From an uncultured virus (IMG/VR IMGVR_UViG_3300042141_000279) (taxonomy: Duplodnaviria; Heunggongvirae; Uroviricota; Caudoviricetes), in the IMG/VR virus record IMGVR_UViG_3300042141_000279: a DNA stretch of 64,000 bases; one strand, given 5' to 3'. Positions 1-8,981 of the stretch are shown one piece after another; position 1 is the first letter of the stretch; each line of letters starts with the position of its first letter. The notes below the pieces were generated by a model. The model searched no databases. It saw nothing but the letters and a program-made list of their open reading frames with translations, and had not been told where the DNA came from. The position numbers and the translations under genes are program-made.

Positions 1-210
1 CGAGCGACCGCCGTCCATGTCGTCCGCTCGATCTCCTCCGGCAGCCGCTGGCGCCGAGGGAGACGGGCGAGCGACCGCCGTCCATGTCGTCCGCTCGATC
101 TCCTCCGGCAGCCGCTGGCGCCGAGGGGGACGGGCGAGCGACCGCCGTCCATGTCGTCCGCTCGATCTCCTCCGGCAGCCGCTGGCGCCGAGGGAGACGG
201 GCGAGCGACC
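1..210. repeat. 67-bp tandem repeat, about 3.1 copies (may continue beyond the window)
   Basis: Units start at 1, 68, 135 and 202 (partial); near-identical, one a/g difference seen; no spacers. Confidence 0.95.
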
Positions 211-272
211 CGACCGTGGAAACGCTACGATCCCCGACCGTGGAAACCGGCACGACCCCCGTCCGAGGAAAC
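208..272 (+). repeat. Three ~24-bp units containing CCGACCGTGGAAAC-like motif
   Basis: CGTGGAAAC at 215 and 239, CGAGGAAAC at 264; further copies or variants at 510, 531, 541. Confidence 0.8.
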
Positions 273-276
273 CAGC

Positions 277-501
277 ATGAAGCCAAAAAACCCGCGTGAG
301 GCGATCGCGGATCGTCTCACCCGATGCCTCGATCAGATCGAGCAAAACTGGATCGGCCGCACGATCGGGATCGGATATGACTGCGACACCGACACCGGGC
401 GGATAAAGATCGTTTTCGAGCCGAAAGACGCGGCCGAACACACTGTGACCATCGTGGCGGATATCACCGATGTTTCGGTCGGAACCGGCGACGCCAATTG
501 A
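277..501 (+). CDS. Hypothetical protein (MKPKNPREAIADRL...)
   Basis: ATG after GAGGA; protein-like composition. Confidence 0.5.
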   Translation: MKPKNPREAIADRLTRCLDQIEQNWIGRTIGIGYDCDTDTGRIKIVFEPKDAAEHTVTIVADITDVSVGTGDAN

Positions 502-609
502 CCCCCGACCGTGGAAACGACAACCCCGATCATGGAAACCCATAGAAACCAACTGTCCAATCAACATCTTGTGCCCACCAGTAGCCTTGACCACAAAATG
601 TTGTGCCCC

Positions 610-639
610 TTGACTTCTGACACGATCCATGCCGATACT
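610..639 (+). promoter_or_regulatory. Possible sigma70-type promoter
   Basis: TTGACT-18 nt-GATACT upstream of the + strand gene array. Confidence 0.35.
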
Positions 640-693
640 ACCTGCGTCACGGGGACGAACCCCGGACGCAGCAACCCCGACCGGAGAAACGCG

Positions 694-996
694 ATGACAC
701 GAATTGAACGAGAACTGCTGGAAGAATGCCGCACGATCGCGGCGGCCGACGGCCTGCAACTGGTGGACGTCCTGCGCGACTGCCACCGATTCTGGGTCGG
801 TGCCGGACGGGCGATCAAGCCTCGCGGGTGGACGGCACGGGCAGCCGCTGCGTCCCGCCTGCTCTCCCGGCAGATCGCGATCGACGAACACGCCACCGCG
901 GGCCTCGATGCCGCCGTGGAGATCGAGGGATTCGACCGGATGACCGCGGACCAGTATCGCGACGAGGTGATCTACCTCTCGGACTATCAGGGCTGA
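694..996 (+). CDS. Hypothetical early protein
   Basis: ATG after CCCCGACCGGAGAAAC motif; ORF MTRIERELLEEC... Confidence 0.6.
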   Translation: MTRIERELLEECRTIAAADGLQLVDVLRDCHRFWVGAGRAIKPRGWTARAAAASRLLSRQIAIDEHATAGLDAAVEIEGFDRMTADQYRDEVIYLSDYQG

Positions 997-1058
997 TCGA
1001 CAGACCGACACAACGCTCCGGCGCGTCGCCGGTGCGTGGAAACCAGTGACCCCCGTAG

Positions 1059-2189
1059 ATGGAGACGATGAAGATGACGACCGCGACCATGACCGTGACG
1101 ACCCCGACCAGCCCGCTGGTCGGTGCCCTGAAGACTGCCCGCGGCCGGAAGGCCGGCGTCAAGATCACCCGTGCCGATGGGCGGCAGATCGCGACCACGA
1201 CCGGCGACGACGTGTGGGTGACGATCGACTGCCACGATGACGGCACCGCGGCCGGGGACGACACGCACGCCTGCGCCGTGCCACCCGCCCCGGCGATGGG
1301 GCCGGCGACGTTCGCGTGCGTCCTGCGGTGGTCCCAGTTGGAGCAGATCGTCGAAGGCGTCGTGCCGGCGACCGACACCGAGTCGAGCCGGTACGCTCTC
1401 GGTGGCGTGCAGGTCGAATGCCGGGAGGGGTCGATGCTGGCCGCGATCGGCACCGACGGCCGCCGACTGCACGCGGCGCACCTTCAGCCGGCCTCGATCA
1501 CGGGCGAGACCCCGCAGTACTGCGTCGTGCCGGCGGATGCGTGGCGCCGGCTGGTGAGCGTCTCGCGGGCCGCGGTGCGGGCGGTGCGCGGCGTGACGGG
1601 CCGGAAGGCGTCCGAGGCGCTCCGGGCCGGTCGCGTGACGATTAAGACCGACGGGACCGTCGTCATCCTGAAGTGGTCGCACGGTGGCGACCTGAGCGTG
1701 TCAACGTCGACCCGGCTGATCGAGGGCCGGTTCCCGCGGTGGCGTGACGTCGTCGAACCGGCGACGGCCGGCGCCCCGGGCGTCGTCATCGACGTCGACA
1801 CGATGGCGGCCGAGGTGGCCGAGTTCTCCCGCCGGCACCGGGCCGCGGAGACGGCGGCGAAGGCGGCATGGGCAGCGGCCGGAGTCGTGGCGAAGGCGCA
1901 GCGTAGGTATCACGCTCCGTTCGTGCACGACCGCGGCGTGTGGATCGGGCCGGACGGGATGGAAGGCCGCGGTGCCGCGTTCACGAACGAGGTGCGGTCG
2001 GCGGCTGTTCGCGTGTGCCTCGATCACACGTTCGTGTCCGACGCGCTCGCCGCGGTGGCGCTCTTCTCCCCGTCCGGCACGGCGGTCGTGCAGGCGACCG
2101 ACGCGCAGTCGCCCGTCGTCGTCGGCAAGGGCGCCGAGGCCGGTGAGCGTGTGGTGGTGGTGATGATGCCGCTGGCGGTCGACGACTGA
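1059..2189 (+). CDS. DNA polymerase III beta-clamp-like protein (divergent)
   Basis: Clamp-type motifs ATDTESSRYALGGV, AIGTDGRRL, RLIEGRFPRWRDVV and C-terminal VVMMPL. Confidence 0.75.
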   Translation: METMKMTTATMTVTTPTSPLVGALKTARGRKAGVKITRADGRQIATTTGDDVWVTIDCHDDGTAAGDDTHACAVPPAPAMGPATFACVLRWSQLEQIVEGVVPATDTESSRYALGGVQVECREGSMLAAIGTDGRRLHAAHLQPASITGETPQYCVVPADAWRRLVSVSRAAVRAVRGVTGRKASEALRAGRVTIKTDGTVVILKWSHGGDLSVSTSTRLIEGRFPRWRDVVEPATAGAPGVVIDVDTMAAEVAEFSRRHRAAETAAKAAWAAAGVVAKAQRRYHAPFVHDRGVWIGPDGMEGRGAAFTNEVRSAAVRVCLDHTFVSDALAAVALFSPSGTAVVQATDAQSPVVVGKGAEAGERVVVVMMPLAVDD

Positions 2190-2266
2190 CCGGCAGACCG
2201 ACACAACCGGCCGCGGGCACGTTGCCCCGGCCGGCGGAACGAGAACCCCGAGCGAGGAAACGAGAG

Positions 2267-2515
2267 ATGACCCGGACGATCCTGATCGAGCAGGCCACCG
2301 ACGACGGCTACGACGCCGCGGAGGTGTGCGAATTCAGACTCCCCGGCGACGGCACCGTCGAACTGGTCACCGGCGACGGCTACGAGCGGCTGGCCTTCCC
2401 GGCGTCGGTGGCGGCCGACACCGAGGAACTGGCCCGCCTCGTCTGCGAGGAGGTGGCGGACGGCGACACCTCGATCTTCGACCCCGACAAGCCGGTGATC
2501 CTGACCGAGCGCTGA
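2267..2515 (+). CDS. Hypothetical acidic protein
   Basis: ATG after repeated motif and SD. Confidence 0.6.
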   Translation: MTRTILIEQATDDGYDAAEVCEFRLPGDGTVELVTGDGYERLAFPASVAADTEELARLVCEEVADGDTSIFDPDKPVILTER

Positions 2516-2617
2516 TGACCCCCGAGCCGGCGCCTCCTGCCAGCGAGGAGGCGTCGAGTCGGCGGCCACCGTGGCCCCGTGGATGGAAACCCTGACCCCG
2601 ACCGAGGAGACGCGACG

Positions 2618-2824
2618 ATGCACCGATTGATGACCATCCTGACGCGCCCGAGCCGCCCGAGCCGCGAGGCTCAACTGGAAGCGGCCATGCGGCGTGTCGT
2701 GCGGACGCACGCGCTCGCCATGTGGGCGAACGAGGCGGCCGATCACGCTACATACGAAGCCCTCGCGAACGATCGAGACGACGCGATCGAGGCGGCGGCC
2801 GATCTTCTGGGAGGTGCCGCATGA
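2618..2824 (+). CDS. Hypothetical protein
   Basis: GAGGAG SD then ATG. Confidence 0.55.
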   Translation: MHRLMTILTRPSRPSREAQLEAAMRRVVRTHALAMWANEAADHATYEALANDRDDAIEAAADLLGGAA

Positions 2825-3042
2825 ACACGAAGGCGCAGTACAGGCAGGTCCGCGTGGAGTACGACGCAGCCGGCGGCCACCTCCACGCATGGACGAGCGG
2901 CACCGGGCGATTCTGGATGCTGGTCGATCAGGCAGCCACCGAGGAGCAGATTCGGGCCGCGGCGGAAGCCGAGGCGATCCAGCGGGCACGGCGGAACATC
3001 GAGCACAACGCGACCGTGTCGGACGTTCGCATCATAGGTTGA
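2821..3042 (+). CDS. Hypothetical protein
   Basis: ATGA overlap with the previous gene; GGAGG SD. Confidence 0.6.
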   Translation: MNTKAQYRQVRVEYDAAGGHLHAWTSGTGRFWMLVDQAATEEQIRAAAEAEAIQRARRNIEHNATVSDVRIIG

Positions 3043-3066
3043 CGGACACTTTGCCGATGCTAGGAT
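3039..3066 (+). promoter_or_regulatory. Sigma70-type promoter candidate
   Basis: TTGACG-16 nt-TAGGAT with extended -10 TG. Confidence 0.45.
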
Positions 3067-3144
3067 AGACGACAGAACGACACCGTAGCCACCGTGGCCC
3101 GGTGCGTGGAAACGAGACGAGAACCCGAGTGGAGGAACGCGACG

Positions 3145-3390
3145 ATGGGATACGTGAAGCAAGCAATGATCGAGGTGCAGGAGGCCGGTTGCCTCTGGCT
3201 GGACGATGCCGTGATCGACCGGCTGCGCGATGCCGGCCACAAGCCGCAGACGCAGCGAGTGATCGTGGAGGGCTACCGCGGGCCGGTTGAACTGGATGCA
3301 CTGCCGGCATCTGAGGGGCTGCGTCTCATGCCGCTACTGACCGGCGACGATCGCGAGGCGATCGCGGATGCCTTGGCTGAAATGCTGTGA
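3145..3390 (+). CDS. Hypothetical protein
   Basis: GGAGG SD then ATG. Confidence 0.6.
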   Translation: MGYVKQAMIEVQEAGCLWLDDAVIDRLRDAGHKPQTQRVIVEGYRGPVELDALPASEGLRLMPLLTGDDREAIADALAEML

Positions 3391-3472
3391 CCCGCCCCGG
3401 CTCGTTGCCGCGGCGGTGCGATTAGAGGATGATCACCAGACCCCCGGACGGGGGAACGAGAGGAGAGCGACG

Positions 3473-3766
3473 ATGGCGATCAACTGGCCCGAGGGCGACG
3501 ATCTGGCGGCGGCGAGCCGCCGCGGTGATCTGATCCGAGAGATGATGCGCGAGCGTGGATACACCGACCCCACGTCGATCGTCGAGGACATTCTCGCGAG
3601 CGTGGCAGTCGAGGAGCGGCGCGAGCGGACGGAGTGGGAGGAGCGTCACCGCGGCGACTTGCGCGGCAGAACACTGCGGACGCTCACGCCGCGCGACGTG
3701 GCCGAAACCGCCGAGTGCAACGTCCGCATCATGTTGGAGATCGCGGACGAGAAGGCGACGGCCTGA
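3473..3766 (+). CDS. Hypothetical protein
   Basis: GAGGAGAGCGACGATG start context. Confidence 0.65.
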   Translation: MAINWPEGDDLAAASRRGDLIREMMRERGYTDPTSIVEDILASVAVEERRERTEWEERHRGDLRGRTLRTLTPRDVAETAECNVRIMLEIADEKATA

Positions 3767-3869
3767 CCGCCCCCCCCGCAACCCCCGGCCGGCGAAACGC
3801 TGGCACGGGGGCGACGGGCGGGCCGGCGTGGCCCGGAGCGTGGAAACCCTAGAGACGAGGAGAGCGACG

Positions 3870-4181
3870 ATGATCACCGTGTACTACTGCCGCGACGGCG
3901 GCGCGACGATGAACAACCCGTGGCCGAATCAGATGGGCTGCGGGCCGTTCCCAACCGCAGACGAGGCCGAGGCGGCCATGCTGGCGAAAGTGCCCGAGGG
4001 CCAGCCCGACATCACCAGCATCGACGCCACCGACGCCGTCGAGCAGTGGCGGGTAGCGGCTGGGGAGGCCGGCGACGATGCGATGGACGAGACGTGCGAT
4101 CGGACGCTGGACGGCGACCCCGCCGCCCTGTCCGCGTGGTGCCGATGCGAGCGCGGGGCCGATGCCTCGTTCTCACTGTGA
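3870..4181 (+). CDS. Hypothetical protein
   Basis: GAGGAGAGCGACGATG start context. Confidence 0.65.
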   Translation: MITVYYCRDGGATMNNPWPNQMGCGPFPTADEAEAAMLAKVPEGQPDITSIDATDAVEQWRVAAGEAGDDAMDETCDRTLDGDPAALSAWCRCERGADASFSL

Positions 4182-4229
4182 CCCAACAACCAGCCGGCCC
4201 CGGCCGGAGAAACGAGAAGGAGAGATGCG

Positions 4230-4448
4230 ATGGAGACGACGACGAGACGATGGGTGAAGAGCGAGGCCGCCGGCCACGGTGCCGGTGCGCTGCTGCTCGA
4301 TGCTCCGGTCGGACACTGGTCGGTGCGGCGGGCGAACGGACGCCGCTGGGTGGCGGCGCTCGTGAAAAACGGCGTCGCGGTCTGGTCGCGTGAGTTTCTG
4401 ACCAGACGCGAGGCGATGGAGTTTGCCGAGGCTGATGCCGCAGCGTGA
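4230..4448 (+). CDS. Hypothetical protein
   Basis: Repeated motif plus AAGGAG SD. Confidence 0.6.
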   Translation: METTTRRWVKSEAAGHGAGALLLDAPVGHWSVRRANGRRWVAALVKNGVAVWSREFLTRREAMEFAEADAAA

Positions 4449-4505
4449 GAAACAGGGATCATTCAACCAGCCGGCCCCGGCCGGCGAAACATGAGGAGAG
4501 AGACG

Positions 4506-4742
4506 ATGACATACACCAAATGCAACGTGCTGAATCACACGGTCGAGTTCAAACTGATCCCGACCAGCGGGTACATATCGGTCGGCGTGGACGGCCGACT
4601 GATCGGCAATCACCAGACCGTCAGGCTGGCGATGTTCGAGGCGGCCGAGCATGTGCGTGTGATTGAGAACCAGCACGCGCGGCCGGCGATCCCCGAGGAG
4701 ACTTGGGCAGCGGTCGAGCAGTGGGCGACCATCAATGGATGA
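4506..4742 (+). CDS. Hypothetical protein
   Basis: Repeated motif plus GAGGAG SD. Confidence 0.6.
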   Translation: MTYTKCNVLNHTVEFKLIPTSGYISVGVDGRLIGNHQTVRLAMFEAAEHVRVIENQHARPAIPEETWAAVEQWATING

Positions 4743-4813
4743 CCCCGCCCCGTGGCAACCAGTGTTCAATTTCACCCTGCCGCCCCGAGCGGCGAAACCG
4801 GAGGATATGAGCG

Positions 4814-5017
4814 ATGACTACCGTACTGATCGGCAATGAAAAGAAGCGTGTGATCCACTTCGGCAAACGTAACCGCATTGCGGTGACGTTCACCCGGAAT
4901 GGACAGTTGTGGCACGCGCACGCAGCGCTGCTGCCGACGCCGCACCGGAACATCCGGGTGGCGCGACAGATCGTGGCGAGGCGGCTGGCGAAGTTGGGCA
5001 AGGGTCCGGCCGCGTGA
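4814..5017 (+). CDS. Hypothetical basic protein
   Basis: Repeated motif plus GGAGG SD. Confidence 0.6.
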   Translation: MTTVLIGNEKKRVIHFGKRNRIAVTFTRNGQLWHAHAALLPTPHRNIRVARQIVARRLAKLGKGPAA

Positions 5018-5074
5018 GCCGGATCGCGGAAACCAGAACCAGCCGCCCCGTGCGGCGAAACGAGGAGAGCGACG

Positions 5075-5434
5075 ATGATCTACTGGATTCTGTCCGACGT
5101 TGGCGTGAAGCACGCTCGCCGGCACGACGGCGACTGGGAGCCGCTCGACCGCCGGCATCCGGCGAGCGACGACGTGGAGCGGTTCCACCGCTACCGGGAC
5201 GCGGTGGCGAAGGCGAAGAAACTGCGGAAGCAGGACTGCCACTGCAAGCCCCTGAAGCAGGAAGGCGTCGTGCTCTTCTGGAGGCTGCCCGAGCGGTCTG
5301 GCGAGAGCGACATGGCCGAGGTGATCGAGTTCCGGTCCCGCCGGCAGGCCGCGGCGTGGACGAAGCGGGCGATCGCCGAGGGCTGCGAGGTGATTGAGTG
5401 CAAGGGGACGGCGAAACGAGAGGTGACGAAATGA
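5075..5434 (+). CDS. Hypothetical protein
   Basis: Repeated motif plus GAGGAGAGCGACGATG. Confidence 0.65.
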   Translation: MIYWILSDVGVKHARRHDGDWEPLDRRHPASDDVERFHRYRDAVAKAKKLRKQDCHCKPLKQEGVVLFWRLPERSGESDMAEVIEFRSRRQAAAWTKRAIAEGCEVIECKGTAKREVTK

Positions 5435-5622
5435 CCAACCGCATCACGCCGTATCAGTCCGGCTGGCTCACCTTCCTCGTCGATGCCGGGATTGCGACCC
5501 GGCTCGAGGCCGAGGACGCGATGGGCCGCGTGGCGCAGGCGGCGATCGAGGAGATGGATCGCCGGCGGAAACTGAAACGCCGGCAGAAACGCTCACGGCG
5601 ACGGCGCCGCGAGGACGATTAG
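5431..5622 (+). CDS. Hypothetical protein with Arg-rich C-terminus
   Basis: ATGA overlap; GAGGTG SD. Confidence 0.5.
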   Translation: MTNRITPYQSGWLTFLVDAGIATRLEAEDAMGRVAQAAIEEMDRRRKLKRRQKRSRRRRREDD

Positions 5623-5719
5623 ACGGCAGGAGCGTACAACGCTAGGCTACTGACCCCGCCATCGGCGGTGGGTCGGCTCATCGCCGGCCCCCGGCCGTGG
5701 CAACCAGAGGAGGCGCGAG

Positions 5720-6001
5720 ATGTGGATTGTGAAGGCGTATCGAGGGATGAACGACGGCAAACCGCTCGCCGTCGTGGCCGAGGTCGAGGCGGTGCAGCAC
5801 GGCGAGCAGACGCTCTACCGGCATCCGAGTTCGGGGCGCGTCGAGCCGCTCTACGACTGGATGGGAGAGCGTGTCGTCGAGACCCGGGACGAGGCCGTCG
5901 GCCTCGTCGAGACGATGCTCGACGGGTTCGCGGCCGAGTACGCGGCTAACTGCCGCGAGGTGGTCGAGAGGTTGCGTGCGGAGGGGGTGGTGGCGGTATG
6001 A
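5720..6001 (+). CDS. Hypothetical protein
   Basis: GAGGAGG SD; TAGACG-17-TAGGCT promoter candidate at 5620-5648. Confidence 0.6.
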   Translation: MWIVKAYRGMNDGKPLAVVAEVEAVQHGEQTLYRHPSSGRVEPLYDWMGERVVETRDEAVGLVETMLDGFAAEYAANCREVVERLRAEGVVAV

Positions 6002-6258
6002 TCGTCGTCGTTCGTGACACTTGGCGGGCCGTGCTCGTCGTGGTCGTCGCCGTGCTGCTCCGCGAGGTCTTCGCGGAGCGGCCGGCGGCCCCCGCCCCGA
6101 CCGTGGCAACCAGTGCGTGGCAGCCGACCCCGACCGTGGCAACCGGCTGGCCGGTGCAGCAGATCGTGGTCGAGCAGCCGCCGGCACGGCCGCTGCGAAG
6201 GATCGGTGAGGCTTTCGTGGACTTGGGTGACGCAGTGATAGGAGCGGTGCGACGATGA
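5998..6258 (+). CDS. Hypothetical membrane-anchored protein
   Basis: N-terminal hydrophobic stretch; ATGA overlaps on both sides. Confidence 0.55.
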   Translation: MIVVVRDTWRAVLVVVVAVLLREVFAERPAAPAPTVATSAWQPTPTVATGWPVQQIVVEQPPARPLRRIGEAFVDLGDAVIGAVRR

Positions 6259-6545
6259 AGATTGACACAGACGACTACCTGACGATCGAAGAGACGATGG
6301 AGGCGATCGGCTGCTCGATGCGGTCGGTCTACCGAGCCATCGACGCGGCGGCGGCCGACGGGATCACGGTCGACACATTCATCTTCGGCAAGCGGCTCGT
6401 CATGCGGAAGATGCTCGACGCCGTCAGGGCGCGGTACTTCCCATTCGGCAGCAAGCGGCGGAGCGAGATGGCGGTCGAGTGCGGCCAGCGCGGCGGCCTG
6501 ACGAAGGCGGCGAACGCTCGCCGGCGGGCGAGGCAGGCGGACTAG
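6255..6545 (+). CDS. HTH DNA-binding protein (excisionase/HTH_17-like)
   Basis: YLTIEETMEAIGCSMRSVYRAI. Confidence 0.65.
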   Translation: MKIDTDDYLTIEETMEAIGCSMRSVYRAIDAAAADGITVDTFIFGKRLVMRKMLDAVRARYFPFGSKRRSEMAVECGQRGGLTKAANARRRARQAD

Positions 6546-6844
6546 CCTTCGCTGCGCGTCTTCTGCGAGTGGCAGGTGCGGCAGAGCAACTGGAGGCCAG
6601 AGATCGGAGTCGCCTCCGCAGCCTCGTCAGTCGGCTTCCTTGAGATGTGATCGATATGCCCGTCCCCCGCCTGATGAATCAGTTTCCCACAAGCCCGGCA
6701 AAGCCCGCCGTCGCGGGCGATCACGGCGAGCCGCACGCGCTGCCATGCCGCGGACCCGTACCCTCGGCGCGTCGAGTTGGGGCGGGCGTCGTCGACACGC
6801 TTCGGCATCCACGGGGGCCGGTACGTGGGAACGCGATGCGGCAT
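6542..6844 (-). CDS. HNH endonuclease (terminase-associated type)
   Basis: RGYG..W..R..VIARDGGLCRAC...DHI...LQLLCRTCHSQKT. Confidence 0.9.
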   Translation of the reverse strand: MPHRVPTYRPPWMPKRVDDARPNSTRRGYGSAAWQRVRLAVIARDGGLCRACGKLIHQAGDGHIDHISRKPTDEAAEATPISGLQLLCRTCHSQKTRSEG

Positions 6845-7167
6845 CAGGCTCTCGCCTCCTGCGACCAGCCGGCCATGAGCACGCGGTGGGCCTCGTTCTC
6901 GAGCCACCAGTCGATCACGAGGCGGATGATGAGGTTCGCGAGCGCCGACAGGAGGAACACGGCGACGACGCTCCCGTACCGCTCGCGGAGACGCACCGAC
7001 ATCCTCGCCCGTAGCACCTCCTCGATCCGGTCGACTTGGCAGCCGACCGGCCACTCCTCCACGATCTGCTCGACGAGGCGGTCGCGGAGCGGCCCGTGGA
7101 GCGCCAGCCGCATCGAGCCACGACGCAGAATGAACGCCTTCAGCGGACCGTATTTCGTGGCGGCCAT
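6844..7167 (-). CDS. Hypothetical membrane protein
   Basis: MAATKYG... with one C-terminal hydrophobic helix. Confidence 0.6.
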   Translation of the reverse strand: MAATKYGPLKAFILRRGSMRLALHGPLRDRLVEQIVEEWPVGCQVDRIEEVLRARMSVRLRERYGSVVAVFLLSALANLIIRLVIDWWLENEAHRVLMAGWSQEARA

Positions 7168-7496
7168 CCGGGCCTCCCTTCGGTAGGGGCGGTGGCCTTC
7201 TTGGCCTTGCACTTGCACGTCTCGGGGCAGCGGCAGGAGACGTCGGCGAGGCCGTCGCCGGACTTCTCGACCCCCGTACCGTTGCACCGGCATCCGGCCT
7301 CGCACCCGTCCGTGGGAACCGGAGCGGGCGCTGCGGCGGCGGCCTCGGCGATTCCGTATGCCCCGGCCGTGGCAACCAGAGGCTGAAGGTTCACCCTCGG
7401 CGCCACCGGCAGGCGAGGCGTGCAGGAGAGGGGCAGGGCGGCGGCGGTCGTGAGAAGGATCACGCCGGCGACGTCGGCGACGAGGTCGGTCCTCAT
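7140..7496 (-). CDS. Secreted or lipoprotein-like Cys-rich protein
   Basis: Signal-like N-terminus with LSC; C-terminal CxCxGTG...GDG...CxC motif. Confidence 0.55.
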   Translation of the reverse strand: MRTDLVADVAGVILLTTAAALPLSCTPRLPVAPRVNLQPLVATAGAYGIAEAAAAAPAPVPTDGCEAGCRCNGTGVEKSGDGLADVSCRCPETCKCKAKKATAPTEGRPGWPPRNTVR

Positions 7497-8497
7497 ACGT
7501 TGCCCTCCGCTCCGTAAGACCTTAGTGTCCGCGGCGGCCACCCCGCCACGCTCGAGAGTGCGATGACCTGACCGCGCATGAGCACGGACGCCTTCGTCCA
7601 GTAGGCGCCTTCGGGGATCAGGAGGGGTGTACCACGGACGGTACGTGGACCGGAGTTGAAGCGGCCCCAAGAGTTCTGAACGAGTGCCAGCGGCTCGCCG
7701 TAGATCGCGATCGTCTCAGGGCGATCATCGAAGCCGACGATCCCTTGAGCGTGGGGCCACGAGCCAACGACGACCGGCGAGAAGCCGTTCTCGTCGCGCT
7801 TCTTCGACCACGCGAGGCCCGAGCAGAAGTAGCAGCCATAGCCCGCCCACAACATATCGCGCATGCCTTCGACGCTCTTCACGAACGTCGCGGTGCGGAC
7901 GAGATGCTGGCGGCCGAAGTCGCGGATGGAGTCGGGGGGCTTGCGGGCGCCCCACTTGCCGGCGAGGCGGCCGTCATACTGCGTGAGGTCGAAGCCGAAC
8001 TGTTGGTAGTTCTGCCGCAGCCAGATGCCGCATTCGGTCGTGATCGCACGAGCCGCGCCGCTGCACGTCCAGCCTTCCGAATCCCAGCCACGCCACCAGT
8101 AGGCGGCCTCGCTCGCGAGGACGCAGTTCTTGATTCCTGCGTCCGAGACGTCCGGCTTCCCTTCGATGGCGCCGGTGACCTCGTCGGGTCTGCCGTCGAG
8201 GAGTTCAGTTGTCCACGTCAGCAGCGCGGCTCTCAACAAGGCCCATGAGACGCAGTCGCCGCGGTCTTGCGGTGGCCCCGGCCAGCACCCGGGCCACGTT
8301 CGCAGGACGTCCTCCCAGCGGGAGATCAGGAGTCCCTTGCCTTTGTCGGCAAACTCCCACTCGTGGGCGACGTGATCGCCGTCCGGGTCGCCGCCGTGGC
8401 GGATGATCGAATCGACGGCGAGTTCGTCTTCGCGCGGGTCGATCCACGCACCGCGCAAGCCTCGTTCGTACTCGAGGACTGGGTCGAAGTCACTCAT
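7493..8497 (-). CDS. Papain-like (C1 family) cysteine peptidase, candidate lysin
   Basis: QDRGDCVSWA (Gln/Cys), WPHAQGIVG (His), VQNSWG (Asn). Confidence 0.8.
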   Translation of the reverse strand: MSDFDPVLEYERGLRGAWIDPREDELAVDSIIRHGGDPDGDHVAHEWEFADKGKGLLISRWEDVLRTWPGCWPGPPQDRGDCVSWALLRAALLTWTTELLDGRPDEVTGAIEGKPDVSDAGIKNCVLASEAAYWWRGWDSEGWTCSGAARAITTECGIWLRQNYQQFGFDLTQYDGRLAGKWGARKPPDSIRDFGRQHLVRTATFVKSVEGMRDMLWAGYGCYFCSGLAWSKKRDENGFSPVVVGSWPHAQGIVGFDDRPETIAIYGEPLALVQNSWGRFNSGPRTVRGTPLLIPEGAYWTKASVLMRGQVIALSSVAGWPPRTLRSYGAEGNV

Positions 8498-8981
8498 CGC
8501 GGCGAATCCCGAACGACCATGAGAGCGCTTGGCACGCCGCAATCAGTTTCGCCCGGGGGTCCGCCGTGACCGGCTTCGACTCCGGCCCGTTCGCGTTGAC
8601 GAACACGAGGTCGATCGCCTTGTCGAGGCCGGGGTACTTGCCGACATTCTGCTTGTCGATCGACAGACGCAGGGAGTTCGCATGGAACGCCGCGAACTGG
8701 TCAGTCGTGCCGATGATCGGGCGATCGCGCTGGCCGTCACGCAGGAGCACGTAACTCATCGCGTCGTAGAGTTGGGCGAGGTACAGGCGGTCGGCCGGCA
8801 TCATCTGCGGCAGGATCGGAACCAGCGGCTCTGCCCACTTGAGCAGGGCTGCATCCGGCTTCGTCACGGCGGAGTCAGGCACGTCAGCCGGCGGCCACGC
8901 GAGGTCGAGGATGGAGCCTTTCCACGCGAAGAACAGGATCACGACGGCCACGATCAGCCTCATCGGGATGGCGAGTTTCAT
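8490..8981 (-). CDS. Hypothetical exported or membrane-anchored protein
   Basis: N-terminal hydrophobic segment; overlapping neighbours. Confidence 0.65.
   Translation of the reverse strand: MKLAIPMRLIVAVVILFFAWKGSILDLAWPPADVPDSAVTKPDAALLKWAEPLVPILPQMMPADRLYLAQLYDAMSYVLLRDGQRDRPIIGTTDQFAAFHANSLRLSIDKQNVGKYPGLDKAIDLVFVNANGPESKPVTADPRAKLIAACQALSWSFGIRRDE

Noticed and set aside
17..299. ORFs MSSARSPP... in three frames
   Set aside because: They arise from the 67-bp repeat shifting frame; no SD, not credible genes.
1..550. CRISPR array (GAAAC-ending repeats)
   Set aside because: 67-bp units are contiguous with no unique spacers; GTGGAAAC units are too short and irregularly spaced; no cas genes seen.
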